DNA of 64,000 bases from Eubacteriales bacterium. GTDB lineage: Bacteria; Bacillota; Clostridia; Oscillospirales; JAAYXM01. Position numbers and translations under genes: made by a program. A model generated the notes under the pieces. It saw nothing but the letters and a program-made list of their open reading frames with translations, had not been told where the DNA came from and ran no database searches. Location: positions 109,678-173,677 of the forward strand of contig JAZRPG010000027.1 of assembly GCA_045649105.1 (NCBI GenBank), written 5' to 3'. This document shows, piece by piece, positions 1-11,939 of the stretch. The first letter of the stretch is position 1, and each line of letters begins with the position of its first letter.

Positions 1-342
1 CCAAAGACCCGACGGAAGCATTGCCCTTAGTACATCAAAAAATGTACAGAAGCACTGCTCGCGTATCCAAAGTCCAAGCCTTATAAGCCCTTCGCTAATT
101 ACCGGTTCATCATCGATTACCGAAATAATTGGTTTAAGCGCACCCGTTTTTCCATCTCCGGACCTACGGACATCAAGAACAATGCCTTCAGTCCGCCTGT
201 TGCCTCGCCCAAAGTTTACACGAACACGCACGCCCGCACGGATTTGCGGACGCAATGCTTCGGGAATCCGGTAATCGTATGGCTTATCAATGGCATACGT
301 TGCCGCATCTACGGCAACGCGGGCGATAAATTCTCGGGTCAC
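1..342 (-). CDS. priA: Primosomal protein N' (PriA), N-terminal fragment running off the window edge
   Basis: Reverse-strand translation from GTG at 342 gives VTREFIARVAVDAATYAIDKPYDYRIPEALRPQIRAGVRVRVNFGRGNRRTEGIVL, the typical PriA N-terminal 3'-DNA-binding region. GGAGG lies 8 nt upstream. Position after rpoZ matches usual Firmicute synteny. Confidence 0.75.
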   Translation of the reverse strand, partial: MTREFIARVAVDAATYAIDKPYDYRIPEALRPQIRAGVRVRVNFGRGNRRTEGIVLDVRRSGDGKTGALKPIISVIDDEPVISEGLIRLGLWIREQCFCTFFDVLRAMLPSGLW

Positions 343-364
343 TTTATAAACCTCCGAGCTAAAA

Positions 365-565
365 TCAATCTTCTGTCTGTGTTGCTGTGAGTCTACCCTC
401 TGCAATTTCATTAATTGCAAGGCTTACGGGCTTTTCGATAAGCTGCTCCTCACGCTCTTCTGCGGCCTCTGCAATTTCGCGGGCTCTGCGCGCCGTCAGA
501 TTAACCAACAGATATCTGCCGTTTACCTTTCTTAAAAGTTGTTTCATGGACGGGTAAAGCATCAT
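365..565 (-). CDS. rpoZ: DNA-directed RNA polymerase subunit omega
   Basis: 66 aa. The LLRKVNGRYLLVNLTARRAREI motif matches the RpoZ family. Confidence 0.9.
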   Translation of the reverse strand: MMLYPSMKQLLRKVNGRYLLVNLTARRAREIAEAAEEREEQLIEKPVSLAINEIAEGRLTATQTED

Positions 566-587
566 TTAAATATTCCTCCAAAATATA

Positions 588-869
588 TTATTCATCGTCT
601 TCTGTATTTTCATCAAAAGCTTCTGAGCCGGAGTCTTTTCCGTTTATACGGTTTGCAATGGAAACAGGAAGTATTGCCGATAGAATTATATGGTCACTAT
701 CCATAATAATTACCGCGCGCGTTTTTCTTCCGTATGAGGCATCAATCAGCATTGACCTCTCCTTTGCCTCCTGCACTATGCGTTTTATAGGCGCAGAGTC
801 AGGACTGACAACTGTAATAATACGTTCGGATGATACCATGTTCCCAAATCCGATATTTATGAGTTTCAA
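588..869 (-). CDS. remA: RemA/DUF370 family regulator (extracellular matrix regulator-like)
   Basis: [65 protein letters not shown] is nearly colinear with B. subtilis RemA. Confidence 0.9.
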   Translation of the reverse strand: MKLINIGFGNMVSSERIITVVSPDSAPIKRIVQEAKERSMLIDASYGRKTRAVIIMDSDHIILSAILPVSIANRINGKDSGSEAFDENTEDDE

Positions 870-884
870 GGAAATCCCTCCATA

Positions 885-1763
885 TTATTCGATATTCTGC
901 ACCTGCTCACGGATTTTTTCTATCTCCGCCTTCATATCCACAACGATGGATGTAACCTCGAGGTCATTCGCTTTTGAGCCTATTGTATTAACCTCGCGAT
1001 TGAGCTCCTGCACGAGAAAATCAAGCTTTCTTCCGACTGCGCCGCCTTTTTTCAGCATATCTTTAAACTGTGCGATATGGCTGCGGAGCCTGACGATTTC
1101 TTCAGTAACCGCTATTTTGTCAGCAAAAATGGCGGCTTCCGTAAGTATCCTTTGCGGCTCTATCGTAGTATCCTCAAGAATCTCCTTCATTCTCGACTCA
1201 AGCTTTTGCCTGTACTCATCAACACATTTAGGTGAGCGAATTTCTACCTGATTGGTGAAATCCGAAAGAAGGTCAAGCCTTGAAAGCATATCTTCCGCAA
1301 GCCTTGCCCCTTCTTTTTCGCGCATTTCGGAGTGGCTTGCAAGAGCGTCCTTTATTACCGTAAGTACATCAGCCGTAAGCTCATCCAAATCGTCCTCCTG
1401 TTTTTCAACGGTCAATACATCGGGGATTCTTATGAGCTCTGATACGGAGACATTGTTTTCTACACCATAATCTGAGTTAAGTTTTTCAAAAACATCGAGA
1501 TAGCCTCGGAGCAACGGCTCATTAACGCGTACAGCAACATTATCTGATTCAGTCGTGTCTATTGTAATAAACACATCAGTCTTTCCTCGCATAATGCTTT
1601 TTGATACTTCTGCCTTTACGGGGTCATCCAAGAAATTAAATGCACGCCCTGTCTTCAATGTGCAGTCAAAATACCTATGATTTACCGAGCGCACCTCTGC
1701 AGTAATTCCTCGCATATGCAGGGTTTCTGACGCACGGCCGTATCCTGTCATGCTCTTCACCAT
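885..1763 (-). CDS. yicC: YicC/YloC family stress-induced endoribonuclease
   Basis: 292 aa with an MTGYGRA N-terminus and a C-terminal DUF1732-like REVNTIGSKAND motif. RBS AGAGG upstream. Confidence 0.9.
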   Translation of the reverse strand: MVKSMTGYGRASETLHMRGITAEVRSVNHRYFDCTLKTGRAFNFLDDPVKAEVSKSIMRGKTDVFITIDTTESDNVAVRVNEPLLRGYLDVFEKLNSDYGVENNVSVSELIRIPDVLTVEKQEDDLDELTADVLTVIKDALASHSEMREKEGARLAEDMLSRLDLLSDFTNQVEIRSPKCVDEYRQKLESRMKEILEDTTIEPQRILTEAAIFADKIAVTEEIVRLRSHIAQFKDMLKKGGAVGRKLDFLVQELNREVNTIGSKANDLEVTSIVVDMKAEIEKIREQVQNIE

Positions 1764-1863
1764 ATAATGGTACCTCTATTCTGATAATATTTACTTTCTA
1801 AGAGATAATAATACAACGATTATTACCATAGATATTATACCAACTTTTGAGCCTGTTTGTCAA

Positions 1864-3798
<1,935 letters not shown>

Positions 3799-3801
3799 TT
3801 A

Positions 3802-4221
3802 TTACTCACCATTAACAACAGAAACAATATTTATCTCTGTTCCATTTTTTTGTGAAATACATTTATTTAACTTTTTTACAAGTAAAAATGCTACAGCAAA
3901 ACCAAAAGCTCCCGATAGAATGCATATTCCTTCTCCGGCACCGAGCATATTTGCAAATATTGCAGCCGCCAGAAGAAAAATAAGCGGTAAAATATAAACT
4001 GCTGATACTATACCCAAAAATCTTTTCGTTGGCATTTCAACGCAAACCCTCGCACCTGCATCTGCACCGCACAGATTATTTGCCACAACAGTCACTACCT
4101 GTGATTTGGCACTGCATCCTGCACATGATGCGCATGACTTACCGCAGGACGATTCCCGTATAACAGAAATCAGCGCTCTATTTTCATCAATTATCTTTTT
4201 TACAGTTGCATATTGTATCAT
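3802..4221 (-). CDS. RseC/MucC (SoxR-reducing system) family membrane protein
   Basis: 139 aa. An N-terminal Cys cluster (SCGKSCASCAGCS) is followed by two TM helices, the typical RseC layout. Confidence 0.65.
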   Translation of the reverse strand: MIQYATVKKIIDENRALISVIRESSCGKSCASCAGCSAKSQVVTVVANNLCGADAGARVCVEMPTKRFLGIVSAVYILPLIFLLAAAIFANMLGAGEGICILSGAFGFAVAFLLVKKLNKCISQKNGTEINIVSVVNGE

Positions 4222-4223
4222 CG

Positions 4224-5471
4224 TTAGTTTACCTTAACATAAATTGTGTATCCCGATTCTGCATTTACGACAACCGTGTCAGGTACTCCGTCGACCTTTA
4301 TGGATACATCTACCGGATGTGTCCCCCGGCTTAATACGATATACTGAAGGTCCGCCACAGCTCTCACATTTGCACTTGATACATTTGCGAGATCTTCCTC
4401 TGTGCCGAGAATATCCACATCAATACTCGTTGTAACGGGAGCTACTTTATAACCAAAAGGAAGGTTGAAAGTATTTACAATCTCTATGAGCGAAGTTTTA
4501 ACGGTTTTTTTGCTCAGTCCCTCAAGTTCAATTTTTGCTGTGGCGGTCGTCTCACCACTCATGTTAATAATGCCGTCGGGTGGTGTAATGGTAAACGACT
4601 TTACACCATTGCCCCCAATTTCCGAAAGCTTGACCGTCCCTACCGCAAGGCTTGGAAGCTGGTCAATAACACTCTCATCACCTGCAACGGTAATTACCGC
4701 AGGTTCAACTATATAATTCACATGTTTTTTAAGAACATCGTTTCCTTGAACATCAACCGTAAGAGGAACTTCCTTTGTCTTCAAAATAGGAATTGACACA
4801 TCTACAACATCATAGTCAGCTTCAATTGATTTCAGATTGACTATTTTCCCTTCGGAATCATAGAATTCATAATCCATTTTACCGGATATAGTCTCTTTTG
4901 CGTCTTTCTGAGGAACATTAATCTGTGCATATGCTATCCGTTCCACATCCTCCTGCAGCCCTGTTATCTTCAGCTCGCGCGGGGAAATACTGGTATTTGC
5001 CTTGTCTACTACAAAACCCTTGGCTGCCAAATCCTCCGCAGCAAGTTTAACGGGAATTGACCCGGTGTTCTCCTCATCAAACTTTACAAGGAGCTTGCCC
5101 GGCGTTTTTTTCTTCACAGTATATAACCCTGAAGGCATCGTAACCTTATACGGAAGCTCGTATGTGCCCGGGCTTGATATTTTAGAAACATCCACCTCAA
5201 CTTTTATGTCTGCTTGATTAAGGTTGAGTATATCATGTCTGCTCGCAGATATCTCCAGACTTACTGAATAATCTCCGACAATAGAGAGGTTTTTAGATGT
5301 CATCAATTCTTCACTGCCTAAAAAAACGGGGGTAATATGCTTTAAATCCACATTTGAAACAGGATTACTCACGCTCACAACATAAACCCATAGCACAACC
5401 GCTATCAGTACAGACAGAGCCTTTGTGATTACATCATATTTTTTAAGCCATGCTGCCACTTGAGTCCCCAT
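4224..5471 (-). CDS. cdaR: YbbR-domain protein CdaR (diadenylate cyclase regulator)
   Basis: 415 aa with an N-terminal TM helix and repeated YbbR-like beta-rich modules. Lies immediately downstream of cdaA and overlaps it. Confidence 0.8.
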   Translation of the reverse strand: MGTQVAAWLKKYDVITKALSVLIAVVLWVYVVSVSNPVSNVDLKHITPVFLGSEELMTSKNLSIVGDYSVSLEISASRHDILNLNQADIKVEVDVSKISSPGTYELPYKVTMPSGLYTVKKKTPGKLLVKFDEENTGSIPVKLAAEDLAAKGFVVDKANTSISPRELKITGLQEDVERIAYAQINVPQKDAKETISGKMDYEFYDSEGKIVNLKSIEADYDVVDVSIPILKTKEVPLTVDVQGNDVLKKHVNYIVEPAVITVAGDESVIDQLPSLAVGTVKLSEIGGNGVKSFTITPPDGIINMSGETTATAKIELEGLSKKTVKTSLIEIVNTFNLPFGYKVAPVTTSIDVDILGTEEDLANVSSANVRAVADLQYIVLSRGTHPVDVSIKVDGVPDTVVVNAESGYTIYVKVN

Positions 5472-6330
5472 CCTTTCCGTTTTCCTGCTCTTTTTTACGA
5501 CCGAAAATTGCAGATAAAAGACCTATTTTCTTCTTCTCGTCACTGTTCTGCATAAGCTCATTGCGCAGAAGCTTCTCAAGTGTCTCCGGTGCGAGATGGC
5601 GTTTAAGCATACCGCCGATTGCTACCGATACGGAACCTGTCTCCTCTGACACTACAACTACTACTGCATCTGAGTTCTCGCTCATTCCGACGCCTGCGCG
5701 ATGGCGCATACCGAGCTGTTTACTTAAATTTGTATTCCCCGACAACGGAAGCATGCATCCCGCAGAGGCAACACGCCCGTTCTGGATTATAAGCGCTCCA
5801 TCATGAAGCGGAGCTTTTGGGTAAAAAATATTCTTCATCAGCTCGGAGCTTACCTCGGAATCTATAAGTGTACCCGTCCTGACTATATTTGTAAGACGGA
5901 TTTCGCGTTCAAAAACAATAAGCGCACCAAATCTTGACCACGAAAGACTTTTACACGCATCTACTGTCTGAATGATTGCATGCTCGATTGTGGATTCATC
6001 TGCTTCTTTATCAAGCGTAAACTGCGTAAAACGCTTACTTCCGACCCTTTCAAGAGCTTTTCTAAGTTCAGGCTGAAACACAATAACAACGGCAAGAAGA
6101 CCGAGCTGCATTGTATTCACAAGCAGGAAATTCAATAAATTCAAACCGAGAAAACTGGAAATCTGCATAACTACAAGAAGGAGTAAAATCCCCTTTACTA
6201 CTTGTCCTGCGTTTGTGCGGCGCGAAAATGTTATTAATTTGTATGCCAAATAAGAGACGATAATTATATCGACCGCATCCCAAATTCCGAAGATGGTCAT
6301 ATATTTGACAATATAATTGAATGTATCCAT
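5443..6330 (-). CDS. cdaA: Diadenylate cyclase CdaA
   Basis: Three N-terminal TM helices followed by a DisA_N domain (GALIVFE, HDGALII, RHRAGVGMSENSDAVVVVVSEETGSVS). I prefer ATG 6330, which has AGGAAGG 8 nt upstream. The track start 6339 is a GTG inside that RBS. Confidence 0.9.
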   Translation of the reverse strand: MDTFNYIVKYMTIFGIWDAVDIIIVSYLAYKLITFSRRTNAGQVVKGILLLLVVMQISSFLGLNLLNFLLVNTMQLGLLAVVIVFQPELRKALERVGSKRFTQFTLDKEADESTIEHAIIQTVDACKSLSWSRFGALIVFEREIRLTNIVRTGTLIDSEVSSELMKNIFYPKAPLHDGALIIQNGRVASAGCMLPLSGNTNLSKQLGMRHRAGVGMSENSDAVVVVVSEETGSVSVAIGGMLKRHLAPETLEKLLRNELMQNSDEKKKIGLLSAIFGRKKEQENGKDGDSSGSMA

Positions 6331-6443
6331 GCGATGCACCTTCCTGATTTTCTCTTTAATTTATAATAACACATTCCTGCCCTAATTGAAAATACTTTTT
6401 TATAATTAACAAAAAATTTTCAATTTTTATTACCTTAAATCGT

Positions 6444-7574
6444 TCATCTGATAATTTTTCGCACTGCCTTCACAAAACCCGTTATATCGTTTTCCGTCGT
6501 AAAATCGCTGACGCTGATTCTGACCGTTCCGTTTTTTGTGCCGACTGTTCCGTGCGCAATCGGCGAGCAATGTATACCGCTCCTCACCGCAACGCCTTCT
6601 TCAGAAAGATGATACGCCATTTTATCAGCACTCATTTTCTCGCAGAAGAACGACAGAACTCCACCCTGAATTTCATTGTCTTTAGCAGCAAAGACCATTG
6701 TTCCGTTTAACCTGACCAGCTCATTCACCGCATATTTTATCAGCTTGCGCTCATGAGCAAGTATGGCTTCCGGGGTTCGCCTTATAACATAATCCATACC
6801 TGCGGAAAGCCCTGAAATACCGGGTACATTTTGCGTTCCGCTTTCGTGCCTGTCAGGCATAAAATCAGGCTGAACGGTCTCTGCAGAAACGCTCCCTGTT
6901 CCTCCCTCCATCAGGGTTTTCAGTGTCTCCCCTTCTCGGCATATAATGAGGCCTGTACCCTGAGGTCCGTATAAACCTTTGTGTCCGGGCGCGCAGATGC
7001 ATACTGTCGCGCGAAGCTCGCGCATTTTTATATCAACGCTCCCGGCAGACTGTGATGCATCAATAATCAGAGGTATTCCTTTTTTAAAGCACACCTCATC
7101 AATTTCCTTTATCGGCAATATATATCCGAAAACATTTGACTCATGCGTGCAAACTGCAAAACTTGTGTCCTTATTAATCTTATCCTCAAATGCTTTAACT
7201 GCCCCTTCTGCGTCAAACAGCCGCGACTCCGCAACGGAATACGTTACCCCTTGCCGCTCCAAAGCCGCAAGAGGACGCACAACCGAGTTGTGCTCATACC
7301 CTGAAACAACACAATTACCGCGAGTTGCAGTTCCTTTTATGGCAAGATTTAATGAATGTGTAGCGTTAGAAGTAAAAATAACCTGTCCGGGGTCATTAAT
7401 ACCAAAAAGCCCGGCAGCTCTTTCCCTCGCATTATAAATACATTCCGCCGCCGTCATTGCTTCTCCGTATGCCCCGCGTCCGGCATTTGCATAATTGTCA
7501 AAAGCCCGAAGCATCGCTCGGCGCACTTCCGGGGGCTTCTTAAGTGTCGTTGCAGCATTATCTAAATATATCAA
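6444..7574 (-). CDS. Class V aminotransferase-fold cysteine desulfurase family protein
   Basis: 376 aa with IYLDNAATT at the N-terminus, a PLP-lysine context (APGHKGLYGPQG) and an active-site Cys context (SGIHCSP). Confidence 0.85.
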   Translation of the reverse strand: MIYLDNAATTLKKPPEVRRAMLRAFDNYANAGRGAYGEAMTAAECIYNARERAAGLFGINDPGQVIFTSNATHSLNLAIKGTATRGNCVVSGYEHNSVVRPLAALERQGVTYSVAESRLFDAEGAVKAFEDKINKDTSFAVCTHESNVFGYILPIKEIDEVCFKKGIPLIIDASQSAGSVDIKMRELRATVCICAPGHKGLYGPQGTGLIICREGETLKTLMEGGTGSVSAETVQPDFMPDRHESGTQNVPGISGLSAGMDYVIRRTPEAILAHERKLIKYAVNELVRLNGTMVFAAKDNEIQGGVLSFFCEKMSADKMAYHLSEEGVAVRSGIHCSPIAHGTVGTKNGTVRISVSDFTTENDITGFVKAVRKIIR

Positions 7575-7825
7575 AAACTCAGCTCCCTATAGTTCCCATC
7601 GCCTTCCGCCAATATAATTTTTGTCGGCACAGCCCCTTCTCTCTGTAAAATTTCCATCGCCTCAGGCAGATAGTTTTGAGATATCATTACTGCATTTGTG
7701 CAGCCTTGTTTTGTAATTTGCATATCCGGTCGGACAATTGTCGCCGACACTCTGTTTCGTGTAAGCGCCCGCATTATTTTCTGCGCATGTGTCATTGAAC
7801 GGCACATCAACAATAGGCCTGTCAT
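7571..7825 (-). CDS. DUF3343 (putative S/Se carrier-like) small protein
   Basis: 84 aa. Overlaps the desulfurase start by 4 nt and has RBS GGGGGA. This pairing with a desulfurase is typical for DUF3343. Confidence 0.6.
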   Translation of the reverse strand: MTGLLLMCRSMTHAQKIMRALTRNRVSATIVRPDMQITKQGCTNAVMISQNYLPEAMEILQREGAVPTKIILAEGDGNYRELSF

Positions 7826-7961
7826 TTTTTATCTCCCCCTTCCAACCCATCTTATGCAGAATTATAAAATGCGTACATATCAACTTTACGGAACGACATA
7901 TATTTACGGCTTTGTGCATATGTTCATAACAAATCCAATGTATTTTCCGGAGGTGTAAAGC

Positions 7962-9089
7962 TTGAAAAAAGCAATTTCATTTATTTTGGCATTCCTTCTT
8001 CTAACATCTTTTGCATTTGCAGCACCGGTTCCGCCCGAACTCGGTGTACCTTCAGCCGTACTTATGGAGCGCAACACAGGCAAAGTACTCTTTGAGAAAA
8101 ATCCACACGACAAAATGCCGCCCGCCAGCGTAACAAAAGTTATGACTCTGCTCCTTGTTATGGAGGCTCTGGATTCAGGGAAAATATCAATGGACGATAT
8201 GGTAACCGTCAGCGAATATGCCGCCGGAATGGGAGGCTCTCAGGTCTTTTTATCACCCGGTGAACAAATGAGCATGAATGATATGCTCAAAGCAACCGTC
8301 ATAGCCTCCGGAAACGACTCAGCCGTCGCACTGGCAGAACATATTGCAGGAAGCGAGGAAGGGTTTGTTGCACTTATGAATTCAAGGGCAAAAGAACTCG
8401 GAATGAACGATACCACATTTAAAAACTGCACCGGACTTGATGCAGAGGGACATATGACAAGCGCATATGACATAGCACTTATGTCCCGTGAGCTGATACG
8501 TCACCCTAAAATAAAAGAATATACAACAATCTGGATGGACACCTTGCGCAACGGTGCATTCCAGCTTGCAAATACCAATAAGCTTATACGCAGCTACAAA
8601 GGAATTACCGGACTTAAAACAGGCTCCACATCTGTCGCCAAATACTGCCTGTCCGCAACTGCGGAGCGGGACGGAATGGAGCTTATAGCAACTATTATGG
8701 CAGCACCGTCAAGCAATGAACGCTTTTCAAACGCAGCAAAGCTTTTGGACTTCGGATTTGCAAATTATGCCCTTTATGACGGCACGCGTGATATTGAGCT
8801 TGAAAATATGACGGTTATACTTGGAGAAAACGGTACCGTTCCCATAAAGTTCGGCGACTCCATGTCAGTCCTTTCCGAAAAAAGTACCATTTCAAATATA
8901 AATACGGAAATTGAGCTTCCGTCCGATGTAAAAGCACCCGTAGAAGCAGGTCAGCAACTCGGGGTTGCAAAAATCAAAAACGGCGAAAATGTACTGTCGG
9001 AAGTGCCTATTGTAGCATCGGAAAGCGTTCCACGCCTCGGCATTAGCGGTGTATTTACAAGAATTGCAGAAATTTTGTTCCTAAAATAA
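7962..9089 (+). CDS. Serine-type D-Ala-D-Ala carboxypeptidase (PBP5/DacB-like)
   Basis: Signal peptide present, plus SVTK (SxxK), SGN and KTG motifs. TTG start with GGAGGTG upstream. Confidence 0.85.
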   Translation: MKKAISFILAFLLLTSFAFAAPVPPELGVPSAVLMERNTGKVLFEKNPHDKMPPASVTKVMTLLLVMEALDSGKISMDDMVTVSEYAAGMGGSQVFLSPGEQMSMNDMLKATVIASGNDSAVALAEHIAGSEEGFVALMNSRAKELGMNDTTFKNCTGLDAEGHMTSAYDIALMSRELIRHPKIKEYTTIWMDTLRNGAFQLANTNKLIRSYKGITGLKTGSTSVAKYCLSATAERDGMELIATIMAAPSSNERFSNAAKLLDFGFANYALYDGTRDIELENMTVILGENGTVPIKFGDSMSVLSEKSTISNINTEIELPSDVKAPVEAGQQLGVAKIKNGENVLSEVPIVASESVPRLGISGVFTRIAEILFLK

Positions 9090-9194
9090 AATTAATGTAA
9101 ACTATATTGTATAGACATTTGCCATTTTTTGTGTTATACTTTATAAGAATAAAAGAGGAGAAAAAAGAAGTAAAAAAAGAAAGGAAAGGTAGAA

Positions 9195-11828
9195 ATGAGC
9201 AAAAAATTTGTTTATTTGTTCTCAGAAGGCAACGGTTCCATGAGAGAGCTTCTCGGCGGAAAAGGTGCTAATCTTGCTGAAATGACAAAGCTTGGGCTTC
9301 CCGTTCCTCAAGGTTTCACTATTTCGACTGAAGCCTGCACGCAGTATTACGAAGACGGACGCAAAATCAATTCTGAAATCGAAGCAGAAATCATGTCAGC
9401 CATTGCGAAAATGGAAGAAATCTGCGACAAGAAGTTCGGAGATTCGGAAAACCCGCTTCTCGTCTCCGTCCGTTCCGGTGCCAGAGCCTCTATGCCCGGT
9501 ATGATGGATACAATACTTAACCTTGGTTTAAACGAAGAAGTTGTTGAGGTTATGGCAACTAAATCAGGAAACCCGAGATGGGCTTACGACTGCTACAGAA
9601 GATTTATTCAGATGTATTCCGACGTTGTTATGGAGGTCGGTAAAAAATACTTTGAGCAGCTTATTGACAAAATGAAAGAGGAGAAAGGCATCACTCTTGA
9701 TGTAGAGCTTACCGCTGATGACCTTAAAACTCTTGCAGAGCAGTTTAAAGCTGAATACAAAGATAAACTCGGCGAAGATTTCCCGTCCGACCCGAAGGAA
9801 CAGTTAATGGGCGCTATCAAAGCCGTTTTCCGCTCATGGGATAACCCGAGAGCAAATGTATATCGTCGCGACAATGATATTCCCTATTCCTGGGGCACTG
9901 CTGTCAATGTCCAGATGATGGTTTTCGGAAACATGGGCGAAACCTCAGGCACAGGCGTTGCTTTCACCCGTGACCCTGCAACCGGAGAAAATCACCTTAT
10001 GGGCGAATTCCTTATGAATGCTCAGGGTGAAGACGTCGTTGCCGGCGTTCGCACACCTAAGAAAATCAATCAGTTAAAAGAAGTTATGCCTGAAGTTTAT
10101 GATGATTTTGTTGCTATTTGCAATAAGCTTGAAAATCATTACAGAGACATGCAGGATATGGAGTTCACAATCGAAGACAAGAAGCTTTATATGCTTCAGA
10201 CAAGAAACGGCAAAAGAACCGCTCAGGCTGCTCTTAAGATTGCCTGCGATTTAGTTGACGAAAAAATGATTTCCGAAAAAGAAGCCGTTCTTATGATTGA
10301 CCCGAGAAATCTTGACACTCTTCTCCATCCCCAGTTTGATACAGCTGCTCTTAAAGAGGCTAAGCCCGTTGCCAAAGCACTTGCTGCTTCTCCGGGCGCC
10401 GCCTGCGGTAAGGTTGTATTCACCGCTGAGGATGCTAAGGCTTGGAATGCAAAAGGCGAAAAAGTCCTGCTTGTGCGTCTTGAAACATCTCCGGAAGACA
10501 TTGAGGGTATGAAGGCTGCTCAGGGTATACTGACTGTCCGAGGCGGTATGACATCTCACGCTGCTGTTGTCGCGCGTGGCATGGGTACTTGCTGTGTATC
10601 CGGCTGTGCTGACATTAATATGGACGAAGAAAACAAAACCTTCACCCTTGCAGGCAAGAAGTATGTTGAAGGCGATTTCTTATCAATCGACGGTTCAACA
10701 GGTAATGTTTACGACGGAATCATCCCCACAGTTGATGCAACAATCAGCGGTGATTTCGGCAGACTTATGGCTTGGGCCGATAAATACAGAGACCTTAAGG
10801 TAAGAACAAATGCTGACACTCCTGCCGATGCAAGAAAAGCACGCGAGCTCGGCGCTGAGGGTATCGGTCTTTGCCGCACAGAGCATATGTTCTTTGAAGG
10901 CGACAGAATTGCCGCTTTCCGCGAAATGATTTGCTCTGATACGGTTGAAGAAAGAGAAAAGGCTCTTGAAAAAATTCTCCCGATTCAGCAAAAGGACTTT
11001 GAAGCTTTATACGAAGCTCTTGAGGGTCACCCTGTTACTATCAGATTTCTCGACCCGCCTCTTCACGAGTTTGTCCCCACAGAGGAAGCCGATATTGCAG
11101 CTTTAGCGAAAGCTCAGGGCAAGTCTGTTGAAACAATCAAGGCTATTATAAATTCTCTCCATGAGTTTAACCCGATGATGGGACATCGCGGATGCCGTCT
11201 CGCTGTTACTTATCCTGAAATCGCAAAAATGCAGACAAGAGCAGTTATCCGTGCCGCTATCAACGTTAAGAAGGCTCATGCTGATTGGAACATCAAGCCG
11301 GAAATCATGATTCCTCTGATTGGCGATGTTAAGGAGCTTAAGTACGTTAAGGATTTCGTCGTCGAAATTGCTGATGAAGAGATTAAGAATGCAGGTGCAA
11401 ATCTTGAATACGAGGTTGGTACCATGATTGAAATTCCGCGTGCTGCTCTTACAGCTGACGAAATAGCAAAGGAAGCTGAATTCTTCTGCTTCGGTACTAA
11501 TGACTTGACCCAGATGACATACGGTTTCTCTCGAGATGATGCAGGCAAGTTCTTAAATGCTTACTATGACGCAAAAATCTTCGAGAACGATCCGTTTGTC
11601 AAGCTTGACCAGACCGGTGTCGGCAGCTTAATGAAAACTGCTACCACCCTCGGTAAGGCAACTCGTCCTGAGTTGCATGTCGGTATCTGCGGTGAGCACG
11701 GCGGAGACCCGACTTCTGTTGAGTTCTGCCACAACTTAGGTTTGACCTATGTTTCCTGTTCTCCGTTCAGAGTCCCGATTGCACGCCTTGCAGCAGCACA
11801 GGCAGCAATCAAAAACCCGAGAAATTAG
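9195..11828 (+). CDS. ppdK: Pyruvate, phosphate dikinase
   Basis: 877 aa with GGKGANLAEM, the phosphohistidine region GGMTSHAAVVARGMG, and the C-terminal PEP-utilising motif GICGE. Confidence 0.95.
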   Translation: MSKKFVYLFSEGNGSMRELLGGKGANLAEMTKLGLPVPQGFTISTEACTQYYEDGRKINSEIEAEIMSAIAKMEEICDKKFGDSENPLLVSVRSGARASMPGMMDTILNLGLNEEVVEVMATKSGNPRWAYDCYRRFIQMYSDVVMEVGKKYFEQLIDKMKEEKGITLDVELTADDLKTLAEQFKAEYKDKLGEDFPSDPKEQLMGAIKAVFRSWDNPRANVYRRDNDIPYSWGTAVNVQMMVFGNMGETSGTGVAFTRDPATGENHLMGEFLMNAQGEDVVAGVRTPKKINQLKEVMPEVYDDFVAICNKLENHYRDMQDMEFTIEDKKLYMLQTRNGKRTAQAALKIACDLVDEKMISEKEAVLMIDPRNLDTLLHPQFDTAALKEAKPVAKALAASPGAACGKVVFTAEDAKAWNAKGEKVLLVRLETSPEDIEGMKAAQGILTVRGGMTSHAAVVARGMGTCCVSGCADINMDEENKTFTLAGKKYVEGDFLSIDGSTGNVYDGIIPTVDATISGDFGRLMAWADKYRDLKVRTNADTPADARKARELGAEGIGLCRTEHMFFEGDRIAAFREMICSDTVEEREKALEKILPIQQKDFEALYEALEGHPVTIRFLDPPLHEFVPTEEADIAALAKAQGKSVETIKAIINSLHEFNPMMGHRGCRLAVTYPEIAKMQTRAVIRAAINVKKAHADWNIKPEIMIPLIGDVKELKYVKDFVVEIADEEIKNAGANLEYEVGTMIEIPRAALTADEIAKEAEFFCFGTNDLTQMTYGFSRDDAGKFLNAYYDAKIFENDPFVKLDQTGVGSLMKTATTLGKATRPELHVGICGEHGGDPTSVEFCHNLGLTYVSCSPFRVPIARLAAAQAAIKNPRN

Positions 11829-11840
11829 CTTTTAAAAAAA

Positions 11841-11879
11841 ATAAGCCTTGTGTGTTTCCGCACACAAGGCTTATTTTTA
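11841..11879 (+). terminator. Rho-independent terminator of ppdK
   Basis: A 14-bp perfect stem (ATAAGCCTTGTGTG / CACACAAGGCTTAT) with a 6-nt loop, followed by TTTTT. An A-run precedes it. Confidence 0.75.
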
Positions 11880-11886
11880 CAGAGAG

Positions 11887-11914
11887 AAACCCACGGGCTT
11901 CCACCCGTGGGTTT
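11887..11914 (-). terminator. Probable terminator of the convergent EF-G paralogue
   Basis: An 11-bp stem (AAACCCACGGG / CCCGTGGGTTT) with a 6-nt loop. On the minus strand it is followed by TTTCTCTCT. Confidence 0.5.
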
Positions 11915-11939
11915 TGTCTTTGCAAATCACACTGATACT

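Noticed and set aside
658-1251. A 197-aa plus-strand ORF overlapping remA and yicC, plus similar antisense ORFs at 25606-26235, 35414-35944, 51600-52286, 52583-53086, 54133-54684 and 56917-57498
   Set aside because: Each is antisense to a gene with strong family motifs, lacks an SD and has serine- or leucine-rich junk-like composition. All are treated as non-coding shadows.
11841-11914. Twin hairpins between ppdK and the EF-G paralogue considered as a small RNA or repeat element
   Set aside because: The geometry is fully explained by two back-to-back intrinsic terminators serving convergent genes. The two stems share no sequence.
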